A DNA stretch of 63,937 nucleotides, counting the filler, from Chiloscyllium plagiosum (lineage: Eukaryota), in assembly GCF_004010195.1 (NCBI RefSeq). It is 4 parts of one record of this genome, joined end to end, with 100 filler letters (N's around TTAATTAATTAA, not from the genome) between each part and the next. Parts side by side here need not be neighbours in the genome. Positions count along the whole stretch, not along the records: positions 30,248 to 48,662 come from NC_057716.1; positions 48,763 to 60,908 come from NC_057716.1; 2 more parts are not named here. The stretch is one strand, 5' to 3'. The position numbers were made by a program, and so were the translations under genes. This document shows, one piece after another, positions 38,248-49,929 of this stretch (position 1 is the first letter of the stretch; each line of letters starts with the position of its first letter). The notes under the pieces are model-generated. The model was not told the origin of the DNA, ran no database searches, and saw only the letters and a program-made list of their open reading frames with translations.

Positions 38248-39510
38248 GGAGAAAGTGAGGACTGCAGATGCTGGAGATCAGAGCTGAAAAATGTGTTGCT
38301 GGAAAAGCACAGCAGGTCAGGCAGCATTCAAGGAGCAGGAAATTCGACGTTTCGGGCATAAACCCTTTAGATTTAGATTTTAGATTAGATTAGATTACAG
38401 TGTGGAAACAGGCCCTTCGGCCCAACAAGTCCACACCGACCCGCCGAAGCGAAACCCACCCATACCCCTACATTTACCCCTTATCTAACACTACGGGCAA
38501 TTTGGCATGGCCAATTCACCTGACCTGCACATCTTTGGCTGGTGGGAGGAAACCCACGCAGACACGGGGAGAACGTGCAAACTCCACACAGTCAGACGCC
38601 TGAGGCGGGATTGAACCCGGGTCTCTGGCGCTGTGAGGCAGCTGTGCTAACCACTGTGCCACCGTGCCGCCCACGTGCCACCGTGCCGCCCCCTTCTTCA
38701 GTAATGACGAGGATGTGCCAAGCAGGCTAAGATAAAAGGTAGGGAGGAGGGTCTTGGGGGAGGGGCGTTGGGAATGCGATAGGTGGAAGGAGGTTAAGGT
38801 GAGGGTGATAGGCCGGAGACGGGGTGGGGGCGGAGAGGTCGGGAAGAAGATTGCAGGTCAAGAAGGTGGTTCCCAACGCCCCCCCCCTAAGCCCCTCCTC
38901 CCNNNNNNNNNNNNNNNNNNNNNNNNNNNNNNNNNNNNNNNNNNNNNNNNNNNNNNNNNNNNNNNNNNNNNNNNNNNNNNNNNNNNNNNNNNNNNNNNNN
39001 NNNNNNNNNNNNNNNNNNNNNNNNNNNNNNNNNNNNNNNNNNNNNNNNNNNNNNNNNNNNNNNNNNNNNNNNNNNNNNNNNNNNNNNNNNNNNNNNNNNN
39101 NNNNNNNNNNNNNNNNNNNNNNNNNNNNNNNNNNNNNNNNNNNNTCCCTTGGGGCCTTGGAGGGAAGTAAGGGGGGAGGTGTGGGCGCAAGTTTTGCATT
39201 TCTTGCGGTTGCAGGGGAAGGTGCCGGGAGTGGAGGTTGGGTTGGTGGGGGGTGTGGACCTGATGAGGGAGTCGCAGAGGGAGTGGTCTTTCCGGAACGC
39301 TGATAGGGGAGGGGAGGGATTTCCCGCACCAACCAACCCAACCGGCCTGTGGCTGAACACTTTAATTCCCCCTCCCACTCTGGCATGTAGGTCCTTGGCC
39401 TCCTCCATCGCCAGACAATGGCAACACGACGGGCTTATGCCCAAAATGTCCATTCTCCTCCTCCTTGGATGCTGCCTGACCTGCTGCGCTTTTCCAGCAA
39501 CACATTTTTC
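38248..39510. mobile_element. Penelope-like element with inverted pLTR ends and endonuclease-region fragments
   Basis: 16-bp TSD AGATTTGTTCGGAAAA (38232-38247, 39511-39526). Minus strand AFRKDHSLCDSL..PGTFPCNRKKCKTC; plus strand RPVAEHFNSPSH. Confidence 0.88.
38368..38690 (-). mobile_element. Young HE1 V-SINE
   Basis: Reverse complement of 26222-26557; TSD CCCTT; duplicated 5' tip. Confidence 0.92.
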
Positions 39511-39714
39511 AGATTTGTTCGGAAAACCAGTGCTCATAAATTACTGCTTGTTTACAATCAGATTGATTATCCAAACGATCAGCTATTCAAACAAAATACT
39601 CACCGCCGGTCTTGTTTGGATAATTGAGGTTCTACTGTATTCATTTAGGAAAAGTAGAAGAGACATTACCACACACACAGCTCCATAAATTGTGTCAGCA
39701 ACTGGTCAGTTAAT

Positions 39715-40430
39715 GATGACCTAGTGGTAATGTCACTGGACTGGTAAGTCAGAGATGCAGGTAAAATTCTGGGTACCTAGGTTTGAATGTCACCACACCA
39801 GACAGTGCAATTTGCATTTAATAAAAAAACTGTAAAATCTAATGATGACTGAAACAGTTTTAAATATTGTAAACACCCATCTAGTTCACTAACGTCCTTT
39901 ACAAAAGACAACCGATGTCCTTACCTGCCCTGGTATATGTGTGACTTCAGACCCACAGCATTGTGACCTAGCAAGTTACATTATTGTATCAACTGCCACA
40001 AAGTCTAAAGAATGAAAGAAGATGGACTGCCTCATGTTGACTAACAAACCAAGAATAAACATAGGCCTATTGACTCTGCAACATCCTCCTTGCTGAGGTT
40101 GGGGATATACTGCCAAAATTGAGGAAGCTGTCTCTCAGACAAAGTATCATTGTTCAAAAGGTGTGATTCTGTTCCTATGACCCAACCAACATTACTCTTG
40201 GATTCTTTGGTCCCAATGGCAATACAGATCCAGAAGAGGTGGGAATATAGTGGCATATAGTGAGGAGGGACTTTCCTTGGGAGACATCAGCATTGACTCT
40301 GGACCCCACAATGTCTCATGATGCTAGGTCAAACATGAGCAAAGAAACCTCCTGCTGATTACCATGTACTGTCGCTCTTCTCTTCTACCCGCTCCACATT
40401 TGCTGCAAAAGCTCTGAGACTGTACAAGGT
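39715..40430 (+). mobile_element. 5' part of second-family LINE: tRNA-like head running into APE-endonuclease remnant
   Basis: A box TGACCTAGTGG, B-box-like GGTTTGAATG, then ILLAEVGDILPKLRKL and RGGNIVAYS. Confidence 0.6.
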
Positions 40431-40559
40431 AGCCATAAGACAATAAGAAAGGAGGAGAATTAGGCCATTCAATCTATTGAGTCTATTCCGCCATTTGGTT
40501 ATGGCTGATATGTTCCTCAACTCCATTCTCCTGCCTTCCCTCCACAATCCTTTGTTTCT

Positions 40560-41015
40560 TGATTAGGCAAATGGTATGTTGATTTTCATAGCGAAAGGAT
40601 TTTAGTACAAGAGCGAGGATGTCTTGCTGCAATTGCTGAAACTATGTCTAGAGTGTTATGTGCAATTTTTCTGTTTATCTGAGGATGGATGTTCTGGCTA
40701 TGGAGGGAGTCCAGTGAAGGTTTACCAAACTGATTCGTTGGATGGCTTTATGGTGACCTGTTTGTCCTATTTATGAAGGAGACTTAGGCACTATGAAAGA
40801 GACTAGATTCACTGAAGTTTGGTAGACTGAGGGAAAATCTCATGGAAACTGATAAAATTCATACAAAGCTAGGGGAAATGCATGGAGAATATTCCCGCTG
40901 ACCAGGAAATCCATAGGTGTCACTGGATACCTATTTTGGATTGAGGTGAGGAGATATTTCTTTCCCCAGAGAGTGAAAAAGCCAAAAAATGTGATGTTTT
41001 CAAGTAGGAGTCAGG
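40560..41015 (+). mobile_element. Old CR1 fragment (host of a younger insertion)
   Basis: Degenerate CR1 C-terminal sequence that continues at 41992-42042. Confidence 0.65.
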
Positions 41016-41022
41016 TATACTT

Positions 41023-41984
41023 GACCAAGCATGTGGATGAGGGTAGAGCAGTTGATGTAGTATACATGGATTTTAGTAAGGCATTTGATAAGGTTCCCCA
41101 TGGTAGGCTTATGCGGAAAGTCAGGAGGCAGGGGATAGAGGGAAATTTGGCCAATTGGATAGAAAACTGGCTAACCGGTCGAAGGCAGAAAGTGGTGGTA
41201 GATGGTAAATATTCAGCCTGGAGCCCAGTTACAAGTGGAGTTCCGCAGGGATCAGGTCTGGGTCCTCTGCTGTTTGTAATTTTTATTAATGACTTACATG
41301 AGGGAGTCGAAGGGTGGGTCAGTAAATTTGCAGATGATACGAAAATNNNNNNNNNNNNNNNNNNNNNNNNNNNNNNNNNNNNNNNNNNNNNNNNNNNNNN
41401 NNNNNNNNNNNNNNNNNNNNNNNNNNNNAGAGTCGTGAAGTGGTGTTGCAACTGTACAGGACTTTGGTTAGGTCACATTTGGAGTACTGTGTGCAGTTCT
41501 GGTCGCCTCACTTTAGGAGAGATGTGGAAGCTTTGGAGAGGGTGCAGAGAAGATTTACCAGGATGTTGCCTGGAATGGAGAATAGGTCGTACGATGATAG
41601 GTTGAGAGTGGTAGGCCTTTTCTCGTTGGAACGGCGAAGGATGAGGGGTGACTTGATCGAGGTTTATAAGATGATCAGAGGAATAGATAGAGTAGACAGT
41701 CAGAAACTTTTTCCCCGGGTGCAACAGAGTTTTACAAGGGGACATAAATTTAAGGTGAAGGGTGGAAGGTATAGGGGAGATGTCAGGGGTGGGTTCTTTA
41801 CCCAGAGAGTGGTGGGGGCATGGAATGCGCTGCCTGTGGGAGTGGTAGAGTCAGACTCTTTAGTGACCTTTAAGCGGCAATTGGATAGGTACATGGATGG
41901 GTGCTTAAGCTAGGACAAATGTTCGGCACAACATCGTGGGCCGAAGTGCCTGTTCTGTGCTGTATTGTTCTATGTTCTATGTTC
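41023..41984 (+). mobile_element. Young 5'-truncated CR1 LINE
   Basis: Open frames [34 protein letters not shown]; (TTCTATG)n tail; TSD TATACTT (41016-41022, 41985-41991). Confidence 0.95.
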
Positions 41985-42042
41985 TATACTTCTTAGGGCT
42001 AAAAGGACCAAAGTATATGGGTCAGAACAGGCTGAATTGGAT

Positions 42043-42256
42043 AGGTAAAAGCAATGACTGCAGATGCTGGAAACCAGATTCTGGATTAGTGGTGCTGGAA
42101 GAGCACAGCAGTTCAGGCAGCATCCGAGGAGCAGTAAAATCGACGCTTCGGGCAAAAGACCTTCATCAGGAAGGGCTTTTGCCAGAAACATCGATTTTAC
42201 TGCTCCTCGGATGCTGCCTGAACTGCTGTGCTCTTCCAGCACCACTAATCCAGATA
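42043..42256. mobile_element. Penelope fold-back mini-element (subfamily A)
   Basis: Near-perfect inverted arms; 11-bp TSD CTGAATTGGAT (42032-42042, 42257-42267). Confidence 0.9.
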
Positions 42257-43097
42257 CTGAATTGGATGATCATGCACGAAGTGAGTACGTCACAACTGTC
42301 ACAGACTTCATCAGTAAGCACGTAGAGGGCTGCATGCCAAACAACTTAATCCGAGTGTTCCACAACTGGGAACCATGGGTGAGCCAGAAGATCCACTCTC
42401 CATTAAATTCCAGGTCTGAGGTGTTCAAGTCAGATGATCTTAACCAATACAAGAAATCTAGGTATGATCAATGTAAAGCCATCAGGAATGCCAAGGGAAA
42501 ATACCAGACTAAACAAGAGTCCCAGATTAGTCACATGAACACATGTCAACTGTGGCAAGGCTTACATGCTGTAACAGGTTACAAAGCAAAGTTGATTGGA
42601 ATCACTGACAACAATGCAACCCTCCCCGTTGAGCTCAATGCATTCTGTGTTCGTTTTCAACAGAGATTCAGTGAAATTATGTTACCTGCCCCGACAGCTA
42701 CCCACAGTCACTGCCACAGACATCTGATTGGCCTTCTCATGGGTGAACCTACGGAAAGCGACTGGCCCAGATGGAGTCCCCAGCTGTGCACTCAAATCCT
42801 GTGCGGACCATATGGTGGGAGTATTTGCAGACATCTTTAATCTCTCCTTTCTAGGATGTCAGGTTCCCCCACTTCAAGAAGAATCTTATATCCTGATGCC
42901 AAAGAAAAATCAGACAACATGCCTTTATGACTACTGCCTGGTGTCTCTGACATTATGAAATGCTTTGAGAGGTTAGTGATGGCACACATTAACTCCAGCC
43001 TCTCAGATTTCCTTGATCAGTTACAATTCGCCAACCATTATGATAGGTCTAAGCAGATGCCATTTCCCTAGCCCTACACCCATCCCTGGAATATCTG

Positions 43098-43418
43098 TTA
43101 GCAGGGCGGCATTGCTGCCTTACAGCACCAAGCAACCAGGTTCAGTTCCACCCTTCGGCTAATGTGCAAGCTCCATACATCTATTCTCCCTGTGTCTGCG
43201 TGGGTTTCCTCCAGGTGCTCCGGTTTTCTCCCACTGTCCAAAGATGTGCAGGCTAGGTGGATTAGCCATGGGAAATGCAGAGTTACAGGAATGGGGTGAA
43301 TCTGGGTGCTGGAAGAGCACAGCAGTTCAGGCAGCATCCGAGGAGCAGTAAAATCGACATTTCAGGCAAAAGCCCGATGGGTCAAATGGTCCACTTCTAC
43401 CATGTAGGGATTCTATGA
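43098..43418 (+). mobile_element. Older HE1-like SINE containing a Penelope fragment (43305-43375)
   Basis: V-domain TTCTCCCTGTGTCTGCGTGGGTTTCCTCC. Confidence 0.82.
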
Positions 43419-43985
43419 AGACTTGTGGGCTTTATCTCCACCTTCAACACCACAAAGCCAGTCTCCAAACTCTGAGATCTAACACTTCACTCTCACCTCC
43501 AAGTGGATCATTGACTTCATGACCCGCAGGCCACAATTAGTAAGGATAAGCAACAACAACTCTTCCACAGTAATCGTCAACACTGGTGCCTCACAAGGCT
43601 ATGTACTCAGCCGCTTATTATACTTCTTATACACTCATAACTTTGTGACTCTAACTCCATTCATGAATTTGCTGATGACACCACTGTAGTGGGTTGGGTC
43701 TCAAACAACAACAAGACAGATTACAGAAAAGAGATACACAGCTTAGTGGCATGGTGTAACTATAACAATCTCTCCCTCAATGTCAGCAAAACAAAACGTT
43801 GGTCATCGACTTCAGAAAGTGGAGTGGAGGACATGCCTCTGTCTGATGCCGAGGTGGGGGTGGTCAAGAGCTTCAAGTTGCTAAGAGCAAATATCACCAA
43901 CAATCTAACCTGAGCTATTCACATTGATGCTACAGTCAAGATGCTCCACTTCCTCAGATGGCTAAAGAAATTCAGCTTGTCCACA

Positions 43986-44858
43986 ATGAATTTAGGAGAT
44001 ATGATTAGTAAGTTTGCAGGTGGCACCAAAATAGGTGGTGTAGTGAATGGTGAAGAAAGTTATCTCAGAATACAATGGGACTTTGATCAGATATGCCAAT
44101 GGCTGAAGATGGCAGATGGAGTTTAATTTAGGTAAATGTGAGGTGTTTGCCAGGGCAAGATTTATACAGTTAATGGTAGAGTCCTGGGATGTGTTGCCGA
44201 ACAGACCTCGGAGTGCAGGTTCATAGTTCCTTTAAGATGGAGTCGATGGTAGACAGGGTGGTGAAAGTGTTTGGCACACTTGTCTTCATTGGTCAAACAA
44301 TTGAGTATAGGAGTTGGGACATCATGTTACGGCTGTACAGGACATTGGTGAGACCATTTTTAGAATGTTGCGTGCAATTCTGGTCTCCCTTCTATAGGAT
44401 GGATGTTGTTAAACTTCAGAGGGTGCAAAAATGATTTACAAGCATGTTGCCAGGACTGGAAGCTTTGAATTATAAGGAAAGGCTGAATAGGTTGGGTTTT
44501 GTTTTCTCTGGAGCATTGGTGGCTAAGGGGTGACCTTATAAAGGTTTATAAAATCATGAGGGCATGGATAGGGTGAAGAGACCAGGACTGGATGGGCATT
44601 CCAAAACTAGATGGTGAGGATTTAAGTGAGGGAGAAAGATTTAAAAAGGGCCTGAGGGGGTAATTTTTTTCCCACCCAGAGGGTGATCCGTGTATGGAAT
44701 GAACTACCAGAGGAAGTGGTGGACAATTACAGCATTTAAAAGGCATCTGGATAAATATGTGCTAAATGCTGGCAAGTGGAACCAGGTCAGATTGGGATAT
44801 CTGGTTGGCATGTACAAGTTGATCCAAAGGGTCTCCATTTCTGAGCTATATGACTCTA
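43986..44858 (+). mobile_element. CR1 3' fragment inserted in Rex1
   Basis: ISKFAGGTKIGG, LYRTLVRPFLECCVQFWSP, tail CTATATGACTCTA. Confidence 0.9.
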
Positions 44859-45436
44859 ATTTTTATAGATGCACAATCAAAAGCATCCTATACAGATGTA
44901 TCACAGCTTAGTTTGGCAACTAAGACCATAGACCGTAAGAAATTAAAGAATTCTGAATACAGCCCAGTCATCACAAAAACCAGCTTTCCTTCCATCGACT
45001 CTGTCTACACTTCCCGCTGCCTTGGGAAAGCAGCCAACATAGTTCAAGACCACTCCCACCCTGCTTATAGTGTTTTCTCCCTTGCTTTTCGTCTCTTCCA
45101 CCCTCTTCCATTGGGCAGAAAATACAAAAATTTGAAGAACAAATATCAACTCATTTAAGAATAGCTTCTTCCACACTGTTTTCAGACTTATGAACAGACT
45201 TCTCATATATTACAGTTCATCTTTCTCTACACTTTCTCTGTAGCTGTAACGCTATATTCTGCATTCTGTTCTATTACCCTGTGGTACTTATGTAAGGTAT
45301 GATATGCCTTGTTAGCATGCAAGATAATATTTTCACTGTATCTTGGTACATGTACCATAATAAATCAAATCATATTGAATGGCTTACCAGGCTCAAAGAG
45401 GCGAATGGCCTACTCCTGTTTCTATGTGTACCTATA

Positions 45437-46600
45437 AATATTGTGGCTACAAGAGCAAGTCAGAGACGAGGAATTGTGCAGTGATTGATTCACCTTCTGA
45501 CTCCTCAAAGCCCCTCCTGTGATGAAATAGTCCTCACGTCTGGATGAGTGCAGCTCCAACAATACTTACGAAACATATCACCATTCAAGACAAAGCAGCC
45601 TGCTTGTTTAGCATCACCTCCCAAAACATGCACTCCCTCCAAATGTATATGATCTGTAAGATGCATTTTTTATGGATGCACCCTCCAAAGTATTGTAAGG
45701 AGATAGCCTACATCGTAACTTTTTATACTTATTTAAAGGCAAGTGTACTGTGCTGCGTTCCACATAAAAATGGATTGGTCCATCACTCAGGTTTAATCAA
45801 AACACACTTTATTCTTACAACACAGATAAAACATTTTAAAAATTGGCAAAACTTTATAGAAATATTAAACAAGGTTATGTATTATTTAACCCCTAATCAT
45901 TAATTGTTCCAATATAGACAGCATCCCATAAACACACCTTTGGCAAAAATGCAATTCAGCAAGACAGTTATGGTTCTCACATGCCATCTCTCTCTAGTCC
46001 AGAAGAAAGAAACAATCTGCCTCTTTTGATTTTTAAGATGAAGCCTCATTATCTAAGACTTCACTCTAGCAGCTGGGAACTCAAGCTTTCAGCTCAACAA
46101 CCAGCAGCAACCTGGTCATTAAAAGCCTTCCTGGGTGTGGCCCAGACCCACCCACTCAGAATTTTTTAGTCTCATTTTAAAAGAACCCAGGGAAAACTCC
46201 AAGCTGTTTACCAACCGCCTGACTGGAGGACATATTTCAGTACCACTGTGACAATACCCCTCTGCAAGAGGAATAGCACAGAACACATCTCTTAAAGGCA
46301 CAGTATCATCATACATTGCAGAAGGCACCTTAGACTGCATATTCTAAACCCATGACCACCACCATTTAGAAGGACAAAGGCAGCAGATTCATGGGGACAC
46401 CACCACCTGCAAAGTCTCCTCTAAGCTACTGTTTCTTCAGTGTTGTGTCAAAATCCTGGAATGCCCATCATATGGTCCCTGTGGGCCTACCTGCGCCAAA
46501 TAGATTGCAGCAGTTCAAGAAGACAGCTCATCACTCCTTCCCAAAGTTTGCTAGAGATGGGCAATAGTGCTAGCCCAGTCAGTAAGCCCACAGTTCTTCT
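45437..46600 (+). mobile_element. Second-family LINE 3' fragment, interrupted
   Basis: Matches 14900-15440. Confidence 0.7.
45667..46314 (-). mobile_element. LTR-like insertion
   Basis: Splits the LINE motif AAGATGCA|TTGCAGAA; minus-strand AATAAA; ends ...GCACAGTATCATCATACA. Confidence 0.5.
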
Positions 46601-47482
46601 GGTGAGCAAGGAATAGGTCCAGGGCTGACTCCCCCAGGTCAGCAGCTAGTATGGGCACCGAAAGGAGTGGAGGCATCGACGAAAGGGACGGACAACAGAG
46701 CAGCGGCAGTGTCTAAACGAGCATTAGATAGAAAACAGGAGGTACGGAACCCATGTATTCCCAGGCGTTTGGCTCAGCTCAGATGCAGGAGTAGTGATGG
46801 CGGAGGTCTGCAACTGAGACGCCAGAGTCCATTTCAGAGACTCTGGCTGAAATCAAGCAGTGACTGGAGGAGCAGCAGAGGAAGAACAAGAAGAGAGAAA
46901 GATTAACTCTATTGCAGAAAAGTCTTGCATTATTTTCAATGCTTCAAGATAGCACCAGAGCGTGGTCTCATTTTGCACATAACATACAATAAAACACATG
47001 TCACGTGTATATAAAAATAGTGAAAATAAATTTAAATCTGATTTTAAAAATCTGAATACAAAGTCCACTCCAAGGTGTGAGCATAAAAATCAAGGCTGAA
47101 GAGATTACTGATAGAGGTGCTCTGTTGCAGTTGGCATCTTTTTCAATGAGGACTTATAAAAGCAAACATAACACTAAGTTCTGTTCTAGAGGGATAGAAC
47201 TGAAAAGCAGCAAAGTTAAGATAAACTTCAATAGCGTGTTCTACCACACTTGGAGACCTTTGCAAGTCCTGGCAGATGTGCAAGTATGATTTATCTGAAC
47301 TGAGAGTCTAAACCTATCAGAAAAGATTGAACAGGCTGGAGCTTCTTCTGTAGAAGAGAGAAAACATAGAGATGTCCCAGTAGTGGGGTTTAAAATGATT
47401 TAAGGGTATGATAGAGTTCAGGTGGTAAGGATGGGCTGAATTTTACCAGAAATCAACTAAATATCAATTCTGGTGAATTTCA

Positions 47483-47708
47483 TAAATAAAAACAGATGTT
47501 ACTGGAAACACTTAGCAGGGCTGGCAGCATCTATGAAGTGAAACCAAGATTAACATTTCAGGTCTGGTGACCCTCCTCAGAATTGGACCCAAAACATTGA
47601 CTTTGATTTCTGTTCATAGATGCTGCCAGACCTGCTGAGCTTTTCCAGCAACTTCTGTTTTTGTTTCTGATTTACAGCATCCACAGTTGTTTTGGTCTTT
47701 ATTTTGTT
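47483..47708. mobile_element. Fold-back Penelope-like mini-element (older family)
   Basis: Inverted arms; minus strand CUGAGGA-GGGUC-ACCA-GACCU-GAAAU-GUU. Confidence 0.75.
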
Positions 47709-48534
47709 TCTCTCCATGAATCCCAGCTAACTTTTTTCCACAACAAACTCGTTAGCAATTCACAATGCATTTATGATGTCCCAGTTGTCTTACCTTTGCT
47801 CTTGTCTGGGCCACCACTGCGAGGACCTCCCAGAAACCCAGTGCTATTTTTAAACCAAGTAAAGTTCTACCATCCAGGAGTTGCCTTTGCGTGCATATTG
47901 GAAGGGAAATCAAAAACAAATGCTCCTCAGGGCATACAGTTGGCAGGGCTGACACTGCATTGCAAATATGAGTGCACATTTGTTGAACTATTGCTATCTA
48001 TCTAGCTTCGCAGGTTACCCATCCTTCGTGCCATCCCCACCTTAAAAACCTGTCTAAGGGAATGCAAGGCCCAGTGGAGTCTAACATCCACTCATTTTTC
48101 AATGTGGGACCATTACAGACTGGAAAGCCTTCAAACTGATTAAGGATGGCACAAATTAACAAAAAAAAAATGAAAACAGCTTCATTTGCTTATGGGAATA
48201 GATAGGGACCATTGCCTTTCAAGCAGCATAGCATTTAGTTTATGAGTGATTATTGCAATGAGGTCTTATCTATTAGAGTTGGCTGTCAATTAAATTCAGC
48301 CTAGCTTGTTGCATCAATGCTGCAGAGCTGTATCATGCTGAAAGTGATGCTGTTCCTGCTCAATGTGCTCATCTTCCTCTACAGAACAAGGTTGAAGTTT
48401 TTCCAGCTCTTAAGCATCCATTACATATCCTCTTTGTCTGCACCAGTTAAGCAGAGTGCAGCATGCTGGTACATTCTGTCTGAACGGTACTGAGAGCATC
48501 ACCAACTTATGAAAGCATTGGAATCACATTTTCA

Positions 48535-48662
48535 GTAGCCCTCCCCACCCCCACCCTCCTCTAGCTTATCTCTCCACGCTTCAGGCTCACTGCCTTTATT
48601 CCTGATGAAAGGCTTTTGCCCGAAACGTTGATTTTGAAGCTCCTCGGATGCTGCCTGAACTG
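48535..48662 (+). mobile_element. Penelope pLTR end with hammerhead core at 48602-48629
   Basis: CUGAUGA-A-AGGC-UUUU-GCCC-GAAAC-GUU; cut by gap. Confidence 0.82.
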
Positions 48663-48762
48663 NNNNNNNNNNNNNNNNNNNNNNNNNNNNNNNNNNNNNN
48701 NNNNNNTTAATTAATTAANNNNNNNNNNNNNNNNNNNNNNNNNNNNNNNNNNNNNNNNNNNN
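48663..48762. other. Assembly gap with TTAATTAATTAA linker
   Basis: N44-12mer-N44. Confidence 0.95.
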
Positions 48763-48916
48763 GAAGCATTTGGATGGGTATATGAATAGGAAGGGTTTGG
48801 AGGGATATGGGCCGGGTGCTGCCAGGTGGGATTAGATTGGGTTGGGATATCTGGTCGGCATGGACGAGTTGGACCGAAGGGTCTGTTTCCATGCTGTACA
48901 TCTCTATGACTCTATG
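48763..48916 (+). mobile_element. CR1 3' end
   Basis: GGACCGAAGGGTCTGTTTCC...CTCTATGACTCTATG. Confidence 0.88.
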
Positions 48917-49929
48917 GTAATGTAGCCACAAAGCTCTAAAATAATAATCCAAATCCAAAGATTTAGATATACAAATAATTGGAATCCAGAGCTGGAATAA
49001 TGGAATCTGCCCAATTTTCCAAATTTGTAATTTCTTTCGATCTGTCTTGAAGCTAAATGTTAAGCAGTTTGTTTGAAGTTATATGTGTATAATGTATTGG
49101 TATAATTGTGATTTAACATTAAGACACGCTCATTGGTCTGGTAGCTGATAAAATACTGACTTGGCTATCGCCATGGGAAAGTGCTGATAAAATCGGCTTT
49201 GTCTTTATAATTGTATACCTTCCAATTTTAATTTTCTTTCTCTTTTATTTATGGATACCAAATCTTACCAAGCTTTTACACTAAATGTTTTAAATAGATG
49301 ACATTACAGATATTGTTTTGGGGGTACTATCATATACATTAATACCCCATTCCTATCTAAGTAATGAATGGGAAGAAATGGATTGTTTTTTTCTGAAAAA
49401 AGTTTTCATTTTATTTTTTATAATAAAATATTACTTTATGGTCATATGAAGATTTCATAACGCTTTATTGTACATACTTTTGCATTTTGATAATACATGT
49501 GATTGGCTGAATTGCTGCAATTTGTGAAACTAATTTATACAATGCATGCTTAACACTATATTGGTGACTCAACTGCACAAGGCTTCAATGTTTTTGTAAA
49601 GTGGGTAGTGGACAAAACAGAACAAAGCCTACATATATCACAGGCACAGTCATGAAAACCAGTCAAATCTTTAAAGGCTAAATATAATCCAGGATGTCAC
49701 AGTGAAGTTAAACCAGAGGAATGGGTGTAGATTTTGCCATGCTCTGATCCAAGGTTGTCTTAAGAGATACTGAGCTGAAGAATGCATTTTCTCCCAGTTT
49801 GAAGGAGACTTGATCAATGAAGTGGATCATATGTGGATAGTCTCTGGTGCCTCTTAAGAATCAGCTGTGGAGTTTTCGTCACAGACAGAGAGAGACTCAA
49901 TTAACAATCCACATTACAGTAGATATCAA

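Larger units (their letters stand above)
38086..39637. mobile_element. Tigger/pogo-like (Tc1-mariner) MITE hosting nested insertions
   Basis: TA-CAGTACAAGCTTGATTACCCGAAC...GTTTGGATAATTGAGGTTCTACTG-TA: imperfect TIRs with TA TSD. Confidence 0.78.
42270..45368 (+). mobile_element. Rex1/Babar LINE, long decayed copy with nested insertions
   Basis: LWQGL, KATGPDGVP..FADIFNLS, NTGASQG, FADDT, FYRCTIKSIL; tail AATAAATCAAATCA. Confidence 0.87.

Noticed and set aside
42064..42840. Longest ORF (258 aa)
   Set aside because: Chance fusion of a Penelope hairpin and frameshifted Rex1 sequence.
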